The notes beneath the pieces were generated by a model that saw only the letters and a program-made list of their open reading frames with translations, had not been told where the DNA came from and ran no database searches. The position numbers were made by a program, and so were the translations under genes. Positions 16,694 to 26,665 of a stretch of 64,000 nt of DNA are shown piece by piece. The DNA is from an uncultured Candidatus Melainabacteria bacterium (GTDB lineage: Bacteria > Cyanobacteriota > Vampirovibrionia > Gastranaerophilales > Gastranaerophilaceae): the NCBI GenBank assembly GCA_934718275.1, contig CAKUZD010000002.1, positions 217,858 through 281,857 on the forward strand, given 5' to 3'. Every line of letters starts with the position of its first letter. Within the stretch, counting starts at the first letter, position 1.

Positions 16694-19600
16694 ATGCAAG
16701 TAAACAGTCAGCCAAATAAATTTAAAATATTTCAAGACTATTATCTTTATGTGAATGGCGAAATGATTAGCTATTCTGAGGCATTACGTCTATACTCTCA
16801 ACTTGATAATGATTCTATGCTTGATTTCGAACAATTTTACAAAGACGAAACAGGCTATGAAATTATTTCAGCAAACGGTTATAATTTAAATACTAAGACA
16901 ATTAAAAATTTAAAAACTTTAAATAAAGCAAATATTAATACAAAATATACAATTGAAGCTTATGCAAAAAAATCAGGAAAAATACTTGACCCACAGTGGT
17001 CAGGTTATTCTGCTGAAGAAATTATGCAAATGGTAAATAATGGTGTAAATGTTCCACAAAATATAGTTGACCTTGCAAATACTATTTTACAAACATCAGG
17101 TGCAAATGTAGAAGGCACTGATGATAATTCTGATGAAGGAGATGATAAAACAGAAAAAGAACCTTATTTAGACCTTATTCCTAAAGCAAAGAAGAAAATC
17201 GAAAAATGTAACGAGACAAACGAAAAAATTAATGACAAAATTGATGAGCTTTTACCTGAAAAACAAAAGCATGAAAGAGATTTTAACAAAAAAATTAAAG
17301 ATCAGAAAAAAGAATTAAAAGAATATGAGGACCAACTTAGAGAGTGGAGAACTTTACAAAATAAAGTTAACAATGGTGAAGCTTTATCTGATAGAGAAGC
17401 AAAACGTTATGCTCAAATTACAGGAATGCTTCAAGATAAAAACAACAAAGACGATATCCAATTTGATAAAAATGAAATAGCAAGAAATTTAAATGATATC
17501 AATATTTTAGCAGTTCTTGGTGAAAAACTTGCTGTTGAAACAATTGAAATTGGAGATACTTTAGCTGATTATACATCTAAAGCTAATTATAAAATGACAA
17601 CTCAAACAGTTTCTCATGAAATTGGTTTTATTGGTACTATTTTGGCGATGGCTCAAGGTAAAACGCTTGCCAAAGAAGCGAACAAAGTTGGACATGATAC
17701 AAAAGAATATTCTTCTGACACAACTCAATCTGTTGGCGAGATTGCAGGAATTTTAGGTGTTCAAAACAGTGTTTTATCTGCAAGCGAGTTAAGAGAAGAA
17801 GATACACAACCGTCACCTGCAGTAGAAACTCAAGAAATCGATACTCCGGCTTCTAACAAGCCGGAAGAAAATGTTGACAATGAAAATGAAGAAAATAATG
17901 CAACAAAAGAAGAAATCAAAACTCCTGAAACTACGGATGAAGAAGATTTTATCGTAAATGATGACAACGTAAAAGATTTGATTAAAGAAGGTGTTTCCAT
18001 TAATTCTGACCTTCTTAAACAAACTATTAAGGCTCATAGTAACAGCCGTGAAGCAAACAATGATAAAAAGTTTGCTAAACAAGCAAGCACTAAAATTAAA
18101 AAAATAGTTAAACAATTTGAAGAAGAAGAAGCTAAACGCGAAGAAGAAATCGCAAAACTTGAACAAGAAAATAAAGAATCAAAAGATAAACTTGAAAAAT
18201 TAACTGGCAAATCAGGGGATGAACTAGACAAAGAAATTAATAATTCCTCTGACAAACAAGATGATTCGAATGGTTATTTGAGCGAGTCAGATAAAAAAGA
18301 GGTAGAAAAACACAAGTCAAATATTAAAGATAATAATCAGAGAATAGAAGAAATTAAACAAGTTGCTCAAAATTCTGTTGAAGATTTTAAAAATGAAACA
18401 ACTAAAGAAAAATCAAGAGTTCAAACTTCTGTACCCGCTCAAAATCAAAAACTTGAAACAGATACGGAATATAAAGAAAAGATTATCCCTCAAGACAAAG
18501 AAGATTTAGACTTTACTGATAATTCCGGTGAAACTCTTACCAAAATGGGTAAATACCGTATCTTAGTCGGTATGGAGCAAATTGCTGCTTTGCAATTAAG
18601 ACAAGGTTATAAAAATGTTACAAAAGGAACAATAAGCTCTTTAATCGGTTTTGGTGCTCAAATAGTTGGCAGTGTTCCAACTCCAAAAGTTGCTAACAAA
18701 GTTACTAGCCAAGCTGTTAAAAATGAAACATCCGCAATTGAAGGTTTAAATCAGGTGGATGCTATGATTTCTTCTGTTACGGGAGAAGAAACTACTCAAT
18801 CTGCTTATGATTCAAATAAACAAGAAGCTATGGACCCGACTGCAGGAAATGCAGAAGAAGGCGCTGAGGCTACTGCAGGTCAAACAGTTCAACCAACAGT
18901 TCAACCAACTTCGGCAAAAGCGCCGACAACTCAGCAACAAACAAATTTATCAACAACTACAACACCTAAAAAAAGAATTGAAACAGGTTCTTCAACAGGT
19001 GCAGCTACTCCTGTTCAAGAAGAAAAACCTTCTGAAACATCAGTTGAAACAATATCTTCTAACGAATTAGAAAAACAAACTTCTAAAGCAACAAAAACAG
19101 TTTCTGACGGAGAAAAAGAAACTCCGGAAGAAAAAGAGGCAAATGAAGTTGAAAACAAAGCTGCAGAAGCTACAACATCATCTTCATCAAGCACAAGCTC
19201 AAGCAAAAAAGAAGAAATGACAAATGAAAAAGCTCAAGACAATGTTGATAACATTAAAGGTAATGCAAAAGATTCTTCTAAAGATTCAGAAAATGTAAAA
19301 AAAGATACAGACAAAACAACCAAAGAGCTTGAAAAAGAGACTAAAAAACTTACAAAACAAATGAAAAAAGATGAAAAAGAAATCATCAAAATGACAAAAG
19401 AGTCTCAAAAAGCTGCTAAAAAACAAGAAGATATGGTTGCTGAATATGAAACTATTGTCGCAGAAAACGAACAACTTACATCTGAAGATGCTAATAATCA
19501 ACAATTAAACCAAACTCAAAATCAAGCTGCCGTACAAACTCAATCTGCCCCTCAAGCAACACAACAACAAGTTATGGCAGGAGCACAACAAACTACAAAT

Positions 19601-21133
19601 TCTGATAAAATTGCAAGTAATGATACAAAATTGAATGCAATTGGTGTTGAATTTGAAGCAAACGGAAGAATTATTACAAGAAATAGAACTAGAATTATAA
19701 AACTTCAAAAATCAACAAAAGTAACTCAAAAAAAAGTTACTAAAAAAACAAAAGTAATTGAAAAGAAAAATAAAGACGCTGAAAAAGCAGAACAAGACAA
19801 ACAAAAGAAATTAGCTAAACAACTTGGCGTTGTTGGAGTTGCAGAAAACGTATTTTCAACAACATTGTCAATCGGTTCTATTATGATGATGAGCCCATGG
19901 CCTGCTACAATTGCAGCCGGAGCTGTAATGGTAAAAATTGGTACTTATGGCGTTGCTGCTTGTGGTGTAACTAAAGGTGTTATCAACTTAGCAAACGGAA
20001 ACTTAACAGCTGCCTTGATGTCTATCGGACAAGCTGCTCTTACTGTTGCAACCAGCCAAGCAGGCGTAGGACAAGCATCTGGCGGTGTACTTGGTGCAGT
20101 AACAGCAGGCTTAAACGTTGTTTCTTCTTCTGCTGATATGGTTAACAATATCAGAGCCGTACAAGGTAAAGAAGCAAGCGGAGTATTTAGCAAAATTTCA
20201 GCAATTGCAGGAGCTGCATCTGCTGTAACAAGTGCCGCTTCAACTCTTGGCAGCCTTGGCAAATCAGGAACTTTCGGACAAATTTCAAAAGTCAGCAGCG
20301 TAGTTGGCTCTGCATTATCTTCAACAAGCCAATTAATGACATCATTTGGAGATGAAAGTAAGTTTGCGTCAGTTCTTGGTGCTGTTGGAGGAGTAATCAG
20401 TACTGCTGCTTCTATTGGAATGTTAGCTGATTCAAAAATGAAAAATGCCGAAGCTAAAAACGAAGAAAACAAGGTTGATTCTGAAAATAAAGCTGAACAA
20501 CCTAAAGACGAACAAAAAAAAGAAGTAGAAACTCAAAAGGCTCAAACAGAAATCAAACAAGCTGAGCAAAATATTTCGACTGAAGAAAATAAAAATTTGG
20601 CAGATAACTCATCTAAAACAACAGAAAATCAAGTTAAAAAAGAAGAAGCACCAAAAGAAAAATTAAAAGCAGCTAAAGAAGCAAGAGATGCTCAAAAGGC
20701 TGAAGCAAATAAAGATGAAAATAATTTAAGCAAAGATGCTAAAAATAATATGATTAAAGATGGTGCATCTAAAGAATATGCAGATATTAATGATGATGTA
20801 TTAGCTGAAAAATTAGAATTTGCACAAAAGATGGGTGATGATAAAGCAGCAGCAAAATTCTCTGCAGAACTTGAAAAACGTGCTAAGTACAAAGAACAAA
20901 TGGGATTAATTGCCGAAAACAAAGAAAAGAAATCTAAAACATTTTCAAATGTTACAAATGCTGTTGGTAGCGCTGTTTCTGCAACAACAAGTATTATGAA
21001 TATGAACAATGGTAATAATAACAACCAAAACAAGAAAAAGACTTACGTTGCAGGAAAATTAACGAAACGTTCTAAGGAAATTATAGCTAAAAACAGAAAA
21101 CGTATTGCAGCATTGGCGAAAAAGGCTTCATAA
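16694..21133 (+). CDS. giant (1479 aa from ATG 16694) low-complexity coiled-coil protein with a Gly/Ala/Ser-rich hydrophobic module
   Basis: Uninterrupted ORF with AAGGAAAAGGG RBS before ATG 16694 (the track starts at TTG 16661). Long K/E-rich stretches, T/Q/S-rich linkers, and a hydrophobic G/A/S module at ~19824-20440. Confidence 0.75.
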   Translation: MQVNSQPNKFKIFQDYYLYVNGEMISYSEALRLYSQLDNDSMLDFEQFYKDETGYEIISANGYNLNTKTIKNLKTLNKANINTKYTIEAYAKKSGKILDPQWSGYSAEEIMQMVNNGVNVPQNIVDLANTILQTSGANVEGTDDNSDEGDDKTEKEPYLDLIPKAKKKIEKCNETNEKINDKIDELLPEKQKHERDFNKKIKDQKKELKEYEDQLREWRTLQNKVNNGEALSDREAKRYAQITGMLQDKNNKDDIQFDKNEIARNLNDINILAVLGEKLAVETIEIGDTLADYTSKANYKMTTQTVSHEIGFIGTILAMAQGKTLAKEANKVGHDTKEYSSDTTQSVGEIAGILGVQNSVLSASELREEDTQPSPAVETQEIDTPASNKPEENVDNENEENNATKEEIKTPETTDEEDFIVNDDNVKDLIKEGVSINSDLLKQTIKAHSNSREANNDKKFAKQASTKIKKIVKQFEEEEAKREEEIAKLEQENKESKDKLEKLTGKSGDELDKEINNSSDKQDDSNGYLSESDKKEVEKHKSNIKDNNQRIEEIKQVAQNSVEDFKNETTKEKSRVQTSVPAQNQKLETDTEYKEKIIPQDKEDLDFTDNSGETLTKMGKYRILVGMEQIAALQLRQGYKNVTKGTISSLIGFGAQIVGSVPTPKVANKVTSQAVKNETSAIEGLNQVDAMISSVTGEETTQSAYDSNKQEAMDPTAGNAEEGAEATAGQTVQPTVQPTSAKAPTTQQQTNLSTTTTPKKRIETGSSTGAATPVQEEKPSETSVETISSNELEKQTSKATKTVSDGEKETPEEKEANEVENKAAEATTSSSSSTSSSKKEEMTNEKAQDNVDNIKGNAKDSSKDSENVKKDTDKTTKELEKETKKLTKQMKKDEKEIIKMTKESQKAAKKQEDMVAEYETIVAENEQLTSEDANNQQLNQTQNQAAVQTQSAPQATQQQVMAGAQQTTNSDKIASNDTKLNAIGVEFEANGRIITRNRTRIIKLQKSTKVTQKKVTKKTKVIEKKNKDAEKAEQDKQKKLAKQLGVVGVAENVFSTTLSIGSIMMMSPWPATIAAGAVMVKIGTYGVAACGVTKGVINLANGNLTAALMSIGQAALTVATSQAGVGQASGGVLGAVTAGLNVVSSSADMVNNIRAVQGKEASGVFSKISAIAGAASAVTSAASTLGSLGKSGTFGQISKVSSVVGSALSSTSQLMTSFGDESKFASVLGAVGGVISTAASIGMLADSKMKNAEAKNEENKVDSENKAEQPKDEQKKEVETQKAQTEIKQAEQNISTEENKNLADNSSKTTENQVKKEEAPKEKLKAAKEARDAQKAEANKDENNLSKDAKNNMIKDGASKEYADINDDVLAEKLEFAQKMGDDKAAAKFSAELEKRAKYKEQMGLIAENKEKKSKTFSNVTNAVGSAVSATTSIMNMNNGNNNNQNKKKTYVAGKLTKRSKEIIAKNRKRIAALAKKAS

Positions 21134-21143
21134 ACAACAAATT

Positions 21144-21176
21144 AAAAAGCCCTTGAAATAATTCAAGAGCTTTTTA
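21144..21176. terminator. bidirectional terminator between convergent genes
   Basis: A run, gcccttgaa-ataa-ttcaagagc stem (8/9 pairs), then a T run. Confidence 0.7.
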
Positions 21177-21197
21177 GTTATTGTAATAAAAGTTTTT

Positions 21198-22745
21198 CTA
21201 TTTAATTTCCAAATCGGTAACTGTTAATACTTGAACTTCTCCGGCTTCTAGTATTGTATTAATTGCTCCGTTACCAACAACAGGAACATTATTTATTTTT
21301 ACAGGAAGAAGCATGTTTTTGCTTGACAACCTTGGAACTGAGATTTTAGCCTCAACGAGTGTTCTAAAATTTAAATTTCCAATAACTATAATGCTTTGAC
21401 CATTATATGATTCTGCATAAGCAAATACGAATGGGTTTGAAGTTTTTAAAGGTATAAATTTCCCATTATTTATAATTGATGAAAAGTTTCTTTTTATTTT
21501 GTTGCCAAGTATAAATGCATTTTGCAAGCTTTCATTTTTACCGCCGGGTTGACGAGAAAAATTGAAAATATCAATTTTCCCTCGATGAACAAAATAGTAA
21601 TCATCATCAGTATATGATTTAAAGGCTTCTTTATTTGCCCACATATAAATATAATTATCTCCTGTTTCAAAGCCGTCTACAAAGTATGAATTTACAGGCA
21701 AAGTTGCGTTTAACCAAATAATCATTTCGCTAAACTTTTGTCCGTTTATTAATAAAGGACTCATTTCATCGTGAGTAGAAAAACTTCCGATTACAGCTTT
21801 ATGATCTTGATATTTATTAATATTGCCATTTGTAGCAACAATTTGGTTTATTAATTCTTTTCCGGTTTTGTAATTTTTCAGATTAAAAAAGCTGCCATAA
21901 TAACCATCAAAACCGGCTTCTAATAATTTGTTATAAGGCGTGAATACTGCATAAGGAGAAACTGCTTCTGTCCAACTTTCGGAAGCTTCTGCCAACCACA
22001 AGAATTGAGGATCTTTTGTTCTGGAATAATTTATTAAATCTTTCCAAAATTTAGCAGGTTTATTGGTTGCGACATCAACTCTAATGCCATCAGCGCCAAG
22101 CCCAATGACCATGTCAACAAATCCTTTAAACAAGCCATAAACATCTTTATTTATTGCAGTTTCAGTTCCCGCATTCAATAATCTTACATCTGTCCAATCG
22201 GCAGGAACTACAGGTTGACCTGATTTATCTTTAACAAATAATTCGGGTCTTTGCAAATATAAATCATAAGAGCCGCACGAAGGTAAATCAATAATTACGG
22301 AAATTCCGCGTTTATGAGCTTCATCAATGAATTTTCTTGCTTGAGCATTTGCAGATAAAGCACTTTTATTGCTTACCAATTGAGGGTTTATTGTGTTAAA
22401 ACCTGATGCTGCGTACAAAGAGCCGGCGGTTCCCAGGGCTTTTGTTTTGCCTACCGGTGTAATTGGCATCACATGTATAGTATTTATACCTTTTGCGGCA
22501 AGTTCATCCAATCGAGGTATAGCATTTAAAAAAGTTCCGCTTTCTTCGCCGTCCTCAAAATCGATTATTCCATTTTTATTGATATCTTGAGCTCCAAAAG
22601 TTCTTAAATTAATTTCGTATATTATAGAAGAATTTTTTGAAAAACTCCTTCTCAAATTATTAACCCAAACATCTGTACTAAAAGCACTTTGAGTAACAAA
22701 TAACATTGTAGCAATTACTAAAGCAAACCTTTTAAAGTATAACAT
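21198..22745 (-). CDS. secreted glycoside hydrolase family 13 (alpha-amylase family) enzyme
   Basis: Signal peptide MLYFKRFALVIATMLFVTQSAFS. GH13-like regions GADGIRVDVA, WLAEASE and FSTHDE. Confidence 0.8.
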   Translation of the reverse strand: MLYFKRFALVIATMLFVTQSAFSTDVWVNNLRRSFSKNSSIIYEINLRTFGAQDINKNGIIDFEDGEESGTFLNAIPRLDELAAKGINTIHVMPITPVGKTKALGTAGSLYAASGFNTINPQLVSNKSALSANAQARKFIDEAHKRGISVIIDLPSCGSYDLYLQRPELFVKDKSGQPVVPADWTDVRLLNAGTETAINKDVYGLFKGFVDMVIGLGADGIRVDVATNKPAKFWKDLINYSRTKDPQFLWLAEASESWTEAVSPYAVFTPYNKLLEAGFDGYYGSFFNLKNYKTGKELINQIVATNGNINKYQDHKAVIGSFSTHDEMSPLLINGQKFSEMIIWLNATLPVNSYFVDGFETGDNYIYMWANKEAFKSYTDDDYYFVHRGKIDIFNFSRQPGGKNESLQNAFILGNKIKRNFSSIINNGKFIPLKTSNPFVFAYAESYNGQSIIVIGNLNFRTLVEAKISVPRLSSKNMLLPVKINNVPVVGNGAINTILEAGEVQVLTVTDLEIK

Positions 22746-22831
22746 ATTTACATCTCCCTTTTTAAATTATATGCTACCAAATAATTGTGTTTTTTGCAAA
22801 TTTTGAGTTTTTAGTTTATAATTTTACGCGT

Positions 22832-23797
22832 ATGAAAAATTATTCAATAGGAATTGATCTTGGTGGAACAAAAATCCTAATAGGATTGATAGATAAACAG
22901 AGCGGAAAAGTTTTAAACCATATCAAAAAAAAGACGAAAAAGGACAAAGGACCTGAAAGTATTATTAAAAAAATGCTTGATGGTATTGAGGAACTGCTTA
23001 AAGATAGCAAAAAAGATATTTGTGAAATTAATTCTATAGGTATAGGTGCTGCGGGGCAAATTGATCGAGAAAATGGGATTATCATAGGAGCTCCGAATTT
23101 AAATTGTTATGACTTACATATTAAAGAAATTCTTTATAACAAATTCAAAATTCCTGTTTTTGTTGGAAATGATGTAGAAATTGCTGCTTTAGGGGAACAT
23201 AAGTTTGGTGCCGGCAAAGATTGTAATGATTTTGTGTGCATATTTGTAGGGACAGGAATTGGTTCTTCAATAGTAAAAAATGGTCATATAATATATGGCG
23301 CGACAGGAACAGCAGGAGAAATCGGACATATAATAGTAGATTTTAACGGTAGACCTTGTGCTTGTGGTGCTCATGGGTGTTTAGAGGCTTATGCTTCAAG
23401 ATCGGCAATTGAAACTAGAATTGAGGGAGCATTAAAAAAAGGTCGGAAATCCTGTATTACAGAATACTTAGAAGAAGGAAAATCTATAACATCAAGTATG
23501 ATTAGAAAATCTATCGAAAGAGGAGATGAACTTGTAACCCAGTGTGTAACAGAGGCTTCTGAATATTTGTCAAGTGGAATTGCAAGTGCCATAAATTTAA
23601 TAAATCCAAAACTTATTATTCTTGGAGGTGGCTTAATAGAGGCAGTCGATTACTTCTTCCAAAATACAATTAAAGAAGCAAAATCAAAATCATTACCTGT
23701 TCCGGCGGAAAAAATTCAATTTAAAAAAGCAGCTTTGGGAGACTATTCCGGAGTAATTGGAGCAGCTTTTTTGGATGAGAGAGTTCTTTTGCAATAA
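22832..23797 (+). CDS. ROK-family sugar kinase (glucokinase-like)
   Basis: MKNYSIGIDLGGTKI, GTGIGSSIV and zinc motif CACGAHGCLEAY. ATG 22832 chosen over the upstream ORF start. Confidence 0.85.
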   Translation: MKNYSIGIDLGGTKILIGLIDKQSGKVLNHIKKKTKKDKGPESIIKKMLDGIEELLKDSKKDICEINSIGIGAAGQIDRENGIIIGAPNLNCYDLHIKEILYNKFKIPVFVGNDVEIAALGEHKFGAGKDCNDFVCIFVGTGIGSSIVKNGHIIYGATGTAGEIGHIIVDFNGRPCACGAHGCLEAYASRSAIETRIEGALKKGRKSCITEYLEEGKSITSSMIRKSIERGDELVTQCVTEASEYLSSGIASAINLINPKLIILGGGLIEAVDYFFQNTIKEAKSKSLPVPAEKIQFKKAALGDYSGVIGAAFLDERVLLQ

Positions 23798-23863
23798 AAG
23801 AAAAATAATAAATATTGTTAACAAGCTAATACAAAATTACAAACATAGTGTATAATAAATAGT

Positions 23864-25753
23864 ATGAATTTCTTTGACAAACTAAAGGATATATATAAAC
23901 AGGTTTCCGAGGTAGAAAGCACAATCTATAGCGGCAAGCAGGATTATTTAGAAATTTATGAGCGCAATCTTCAATTAGAAAAAGAGATTAAGGAACGCAC
24001 CCATGAACTCAATATTGCAAATAAAAGAATGCTAACTTTGCAACATATTTGGGATATGATGAATGCTTCTCGCCCGTTACAAAGTGTTCTTGAAACTATT
24101 GTGAACAGTATCCAAGGAGAACTTGGCTATCTTCACTGTAATATTATAAAAAAATGTGAAGATGAAACAGGAACTTACTTATCTGTTTTAGCTCAGTCAA
24201 ATGATGCGTCAATTAAATATGTAGATAAGCTTATAAAAGGGCCAATTCAAGCTAAAAAATTGGTTTATAGTAAAGAAAGTATTTACGCAAAATCTGCAGA
24301 AGAACGAAGAATAATGCAAACATCTGATGTGGGCGGGACTCTAAAATATGTAATTCCGGAAATTTCTCAAGATATTATTGAAGAATTAAATAATGAAAAT
24401 CCTTGTAAATCAATAATTACAGTTCCGTTGTATTCAAGAAATTTTCATTATGGGTGGTTTAATGTATTTTCATCAAGAAAAGAAATGACCAACGGGGAAA
24501 CAGATTTTTTAACGATTTTTGCTCAACAAATAGAGATGGCAATAACTATTGCAGATTTGTTTGAGGAAGTAAAAGCACAAGCTGTTACGGATAGTCTTAC
24601 CGGTTTATATAACAGGAGATATTTTGAAGAATATTTAAAAAAAGAAGTAACTCGTGCTATGCGACAACAACAAGCATTTAGTGTAATTGGACTTGATTTA
24701 GACCATCTTAAGCAAATTAATGATGAATATGGACATGCTTATGGTGATTTGGCAATAAAAACAGTTGCAAATGTTTTAAAGAAAAATGCTCGTTCTATTG
24801 ATACTGCAGCTCGTATGGGAGGAGAAGAATTTAATGTAATACTTCCGGGAGTTGATTCAAATGGTGCTATGATTGCCGCGGAAAGAATTAGAAAAGCTCT
24901 TGAGAACGAAAGACTTGACACAATTGGGCGTATTACTGCAAGTATTGGAGTTGCAACATTTTTAGAACATTCGGATAATATTGAAGATATCCTTGAACTT
25001 ACAGATCAGGCTATGTATCAATCAAAACGAAATGGGCGTAATCAGGTGACTCTTGCTAAACCGATTAATGAAACAAGTTGGCAGGAAGTTGCTATCAATA
25101 CATTTATGGATATTTTGTCAAAACATAATATTCCGCTTAATGCTGAAATTACGGACAATCTTAAAAATAAACTTGAAACAAATGATGTTCCTAAAGAGGC
25201 TTTGTATACTGTTGCTGATATGCTTACTCAAACCTACAATCCGCTACATCATTCCGGAGTTATGAAATCAAAAGTTCAGTTGGCTGTAAGTTTGGCAAAA
25301 CGTTTTGACTTATCTAAAGAAGATATTGATAAACTCAGAATAGCAACTCTTTTATATGATATAGGAAACCTAATGCTTCCTGTTGAGCTTTTACAAAAAA
25401 CAACTCCGTTAACAGAAGAAGAAAGAAATCATATAAAAGAGCACCCGATGATTGCAGCTCAAGAAATTCTTAAACCGATAAGTTATATTCAAGATATAAT
25501 TCCGATAATAGAACACCATCATGAAAATTGGGATGGTTCAGGTTATCCTTCAAAAATTGCAAGGGAAGAAATTCCAATGACATCTCAAATTATTCTGATT
25601 GTGGATGCTTATTTTGCGCTTACAGAACCAAGAACATATCGGGCAGAGTTAACTCCGAAACAGGCAATTGAACTAATTAAACAAGATGCCGGTAAAAAAT
25701 GGAATTCTGCTCTTGTAGAAGAATTTATTTCATTGATTGATCACGATATATAA
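23864..25753 (+). CDS. GAF-like sensor / GGDEF diguanylate cyclase / HD-GYP phosphodiesterase protein
   Basis: DSLTGLYNRRYF, RMGGEEF (GGEEF active site) and HHENWDGSGYP (HD-GYP). Confidence 0.85.
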   Translation: MNFFDKLKDIYKQVSEVESTIYSGKQDYLEIYERNLQLEKEIKERTHELNIANKRMLTLQHIWDMMNASRPLQSVLETIVNSIQGELGYLHCNIIKKCEDETGTYLSVLAQSNDASIKYVDKLIKGPIQAKKLVYSKESIYAKSAEERRIMQTSDVGGTLKYVIPEISQDIIEELNNENPCKSIITVPLYSRNFHYGWFNVFSSRKEMTNGETDFLTIFAQQIEMAITIADLFEEVKAQAVTDSLTGLYNRRYFEEYLKKEVTRAMRQQQAFSVIGLDLDHLKQINDEYGHAYGDLAIKTVANVLKKNARSIDTAARMGGEEFNVILPGVDSNGAMIAAERIRKALENERLDTIGRITASIGVATFLEHSDNIEDILELTDQAMYQSKRNGRNQVTLAKPINETSWQEVAINTFMDILSKHNIPLNAEITDNLKNKLETNDVPKEALYTVADMLTQTYNPLHHSGVMKSKVQLAVSLAKRFDLSKEDIDKLRIATLLYDIGNLMLPVELLQKTTPLTEEERNHIKEHPMIAAQEILKPISYIQDIIPIIEHHHENWDGSGYPSKIAREEIPMTSQIILIVDAYFALTEPRTYRAELTPKQAIELIKQDAGKKWNSALVEEFISLIDHDI

Positions 25754-26661
25754 TGAACGAAAAAGAACTAATAAAAATAATCAAATCTACCTTAAATTCC
25801 GAATATATCGGAGATGATTGCGCTTACTTAAAAGATTTGGGTATTGTAATTTCACAAGATAGTCTTGTTGAGGATATTCATTTTAAATCAGCATTAATAA
25901 CTCCTTTTCAACTCGGTTATAAATCTGTAATGGTTAATATAAGTGATATTTGTGCATCTGGAGCAAAGCCTGTATATTTGACTGTTGCTCTTTCTTTGCC
26001 TAAATACGTTGATGAAAAGTTTGTTGAAGATTTTTATAAAGGAGCAAAGGAAGCAGCTCGAGACGTAAAAATTGTGGGAGGCGATTTAACAGGGAGTGAT
26101 AAAATTTATATTTCTGTAACGGCAATAGGAGCAACTCATAACAGAAAAATATCGTCAAGAGCAAATGCTAAGATAGGATATAAAGTAATAGTTTCAGGTG
26201 AACACGGAAACAGTGCTGAAGGTTTAAATTTGTTGCTGTCCAAGGATGCAAATTATTCTATTCCTAAAGAAAAGCAAGAAAAGTTTATAAATTCTCATCT
26301 TATGCCAATTGCACAAAGAGAGTTTTCAGAATCTATAGCAACACAAATCAAAGAGGACTATGCTATGATGGATACATCTGACGGATTAGCGGATGCCTTA
26401 ATACAAATTGCCAAGGCAAGTGGTGTTACCGTAAAAGTAGATACAACCCAAATTCCACATGATAGAATTGTTGATATTCAAACAGTTTTGTACGGTGGGG
26501 AAGATTATCAACTTGTAGCTGTAGTTCCTAAAGAATTTTTATCAAGAATAACAAATTATACAGTAATAGGTGAAATTTTTGATGGTGCTGCCGGTATAAT
26601 GTTGGATAATCATTTTTATTCAGAAATTGATAATAAATTATTTAACCATTTTAAGGAGTAA
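25753..26661 (+). CDS. thiL: thiamine-monophosphate kinase
   Basis: IGDDCAYLKDLGIVISQDSLVEDIHF and DTSDGLADAL motifs. Confidence 0.85.
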   Translation: MNEKELIKIIKSTLNSEYIGDDCAYLKDLGIVISQDSLVEDIHFKSALITPFQLGYKSVMVNISDICASGAKPVYLTVALSLPKYVDEKFVEDFYKGAKEAARDVKIVGGDLTGSDKIYISVTAIGATHNRKISSRANAKIGYKVIVSGEHGNSAEGLNLLLSKDANYSIPKEKQEKFINSHLMPIAQREFSESIATQIKEDYAMMDTSDGLADALIQIAKASGVTVKVDTTQIPHDRIVDIQTVLYGGEDYQLVAVVPKEFLSRITNYTVIGEIFDGAAGIMLDNHFYSEIDNKLFNHFKE

Positions 26662-26665
26662 ATTA

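Noticed and set aside
19945-20472. 175-aa antisense ORF inside the giant gene (also 17813-18166, 18034-18255 and 20692-21033)
   Set aside because: They are mirror images of low-complexity or GC-richer sense-strand sequence, with no start context. The sense ORF is continuous for 4.4 kb.
16694-21133. Giant protein as a phage tape-measure protein / prophage remnant
   Set aside because: No capsid, tail, terminase, integrase or lysis genes flank it. Its neighbours are trxA and an amylase, and it has its own terminators. The resemblance is limited to coiled coils plus a hydrophobic core.
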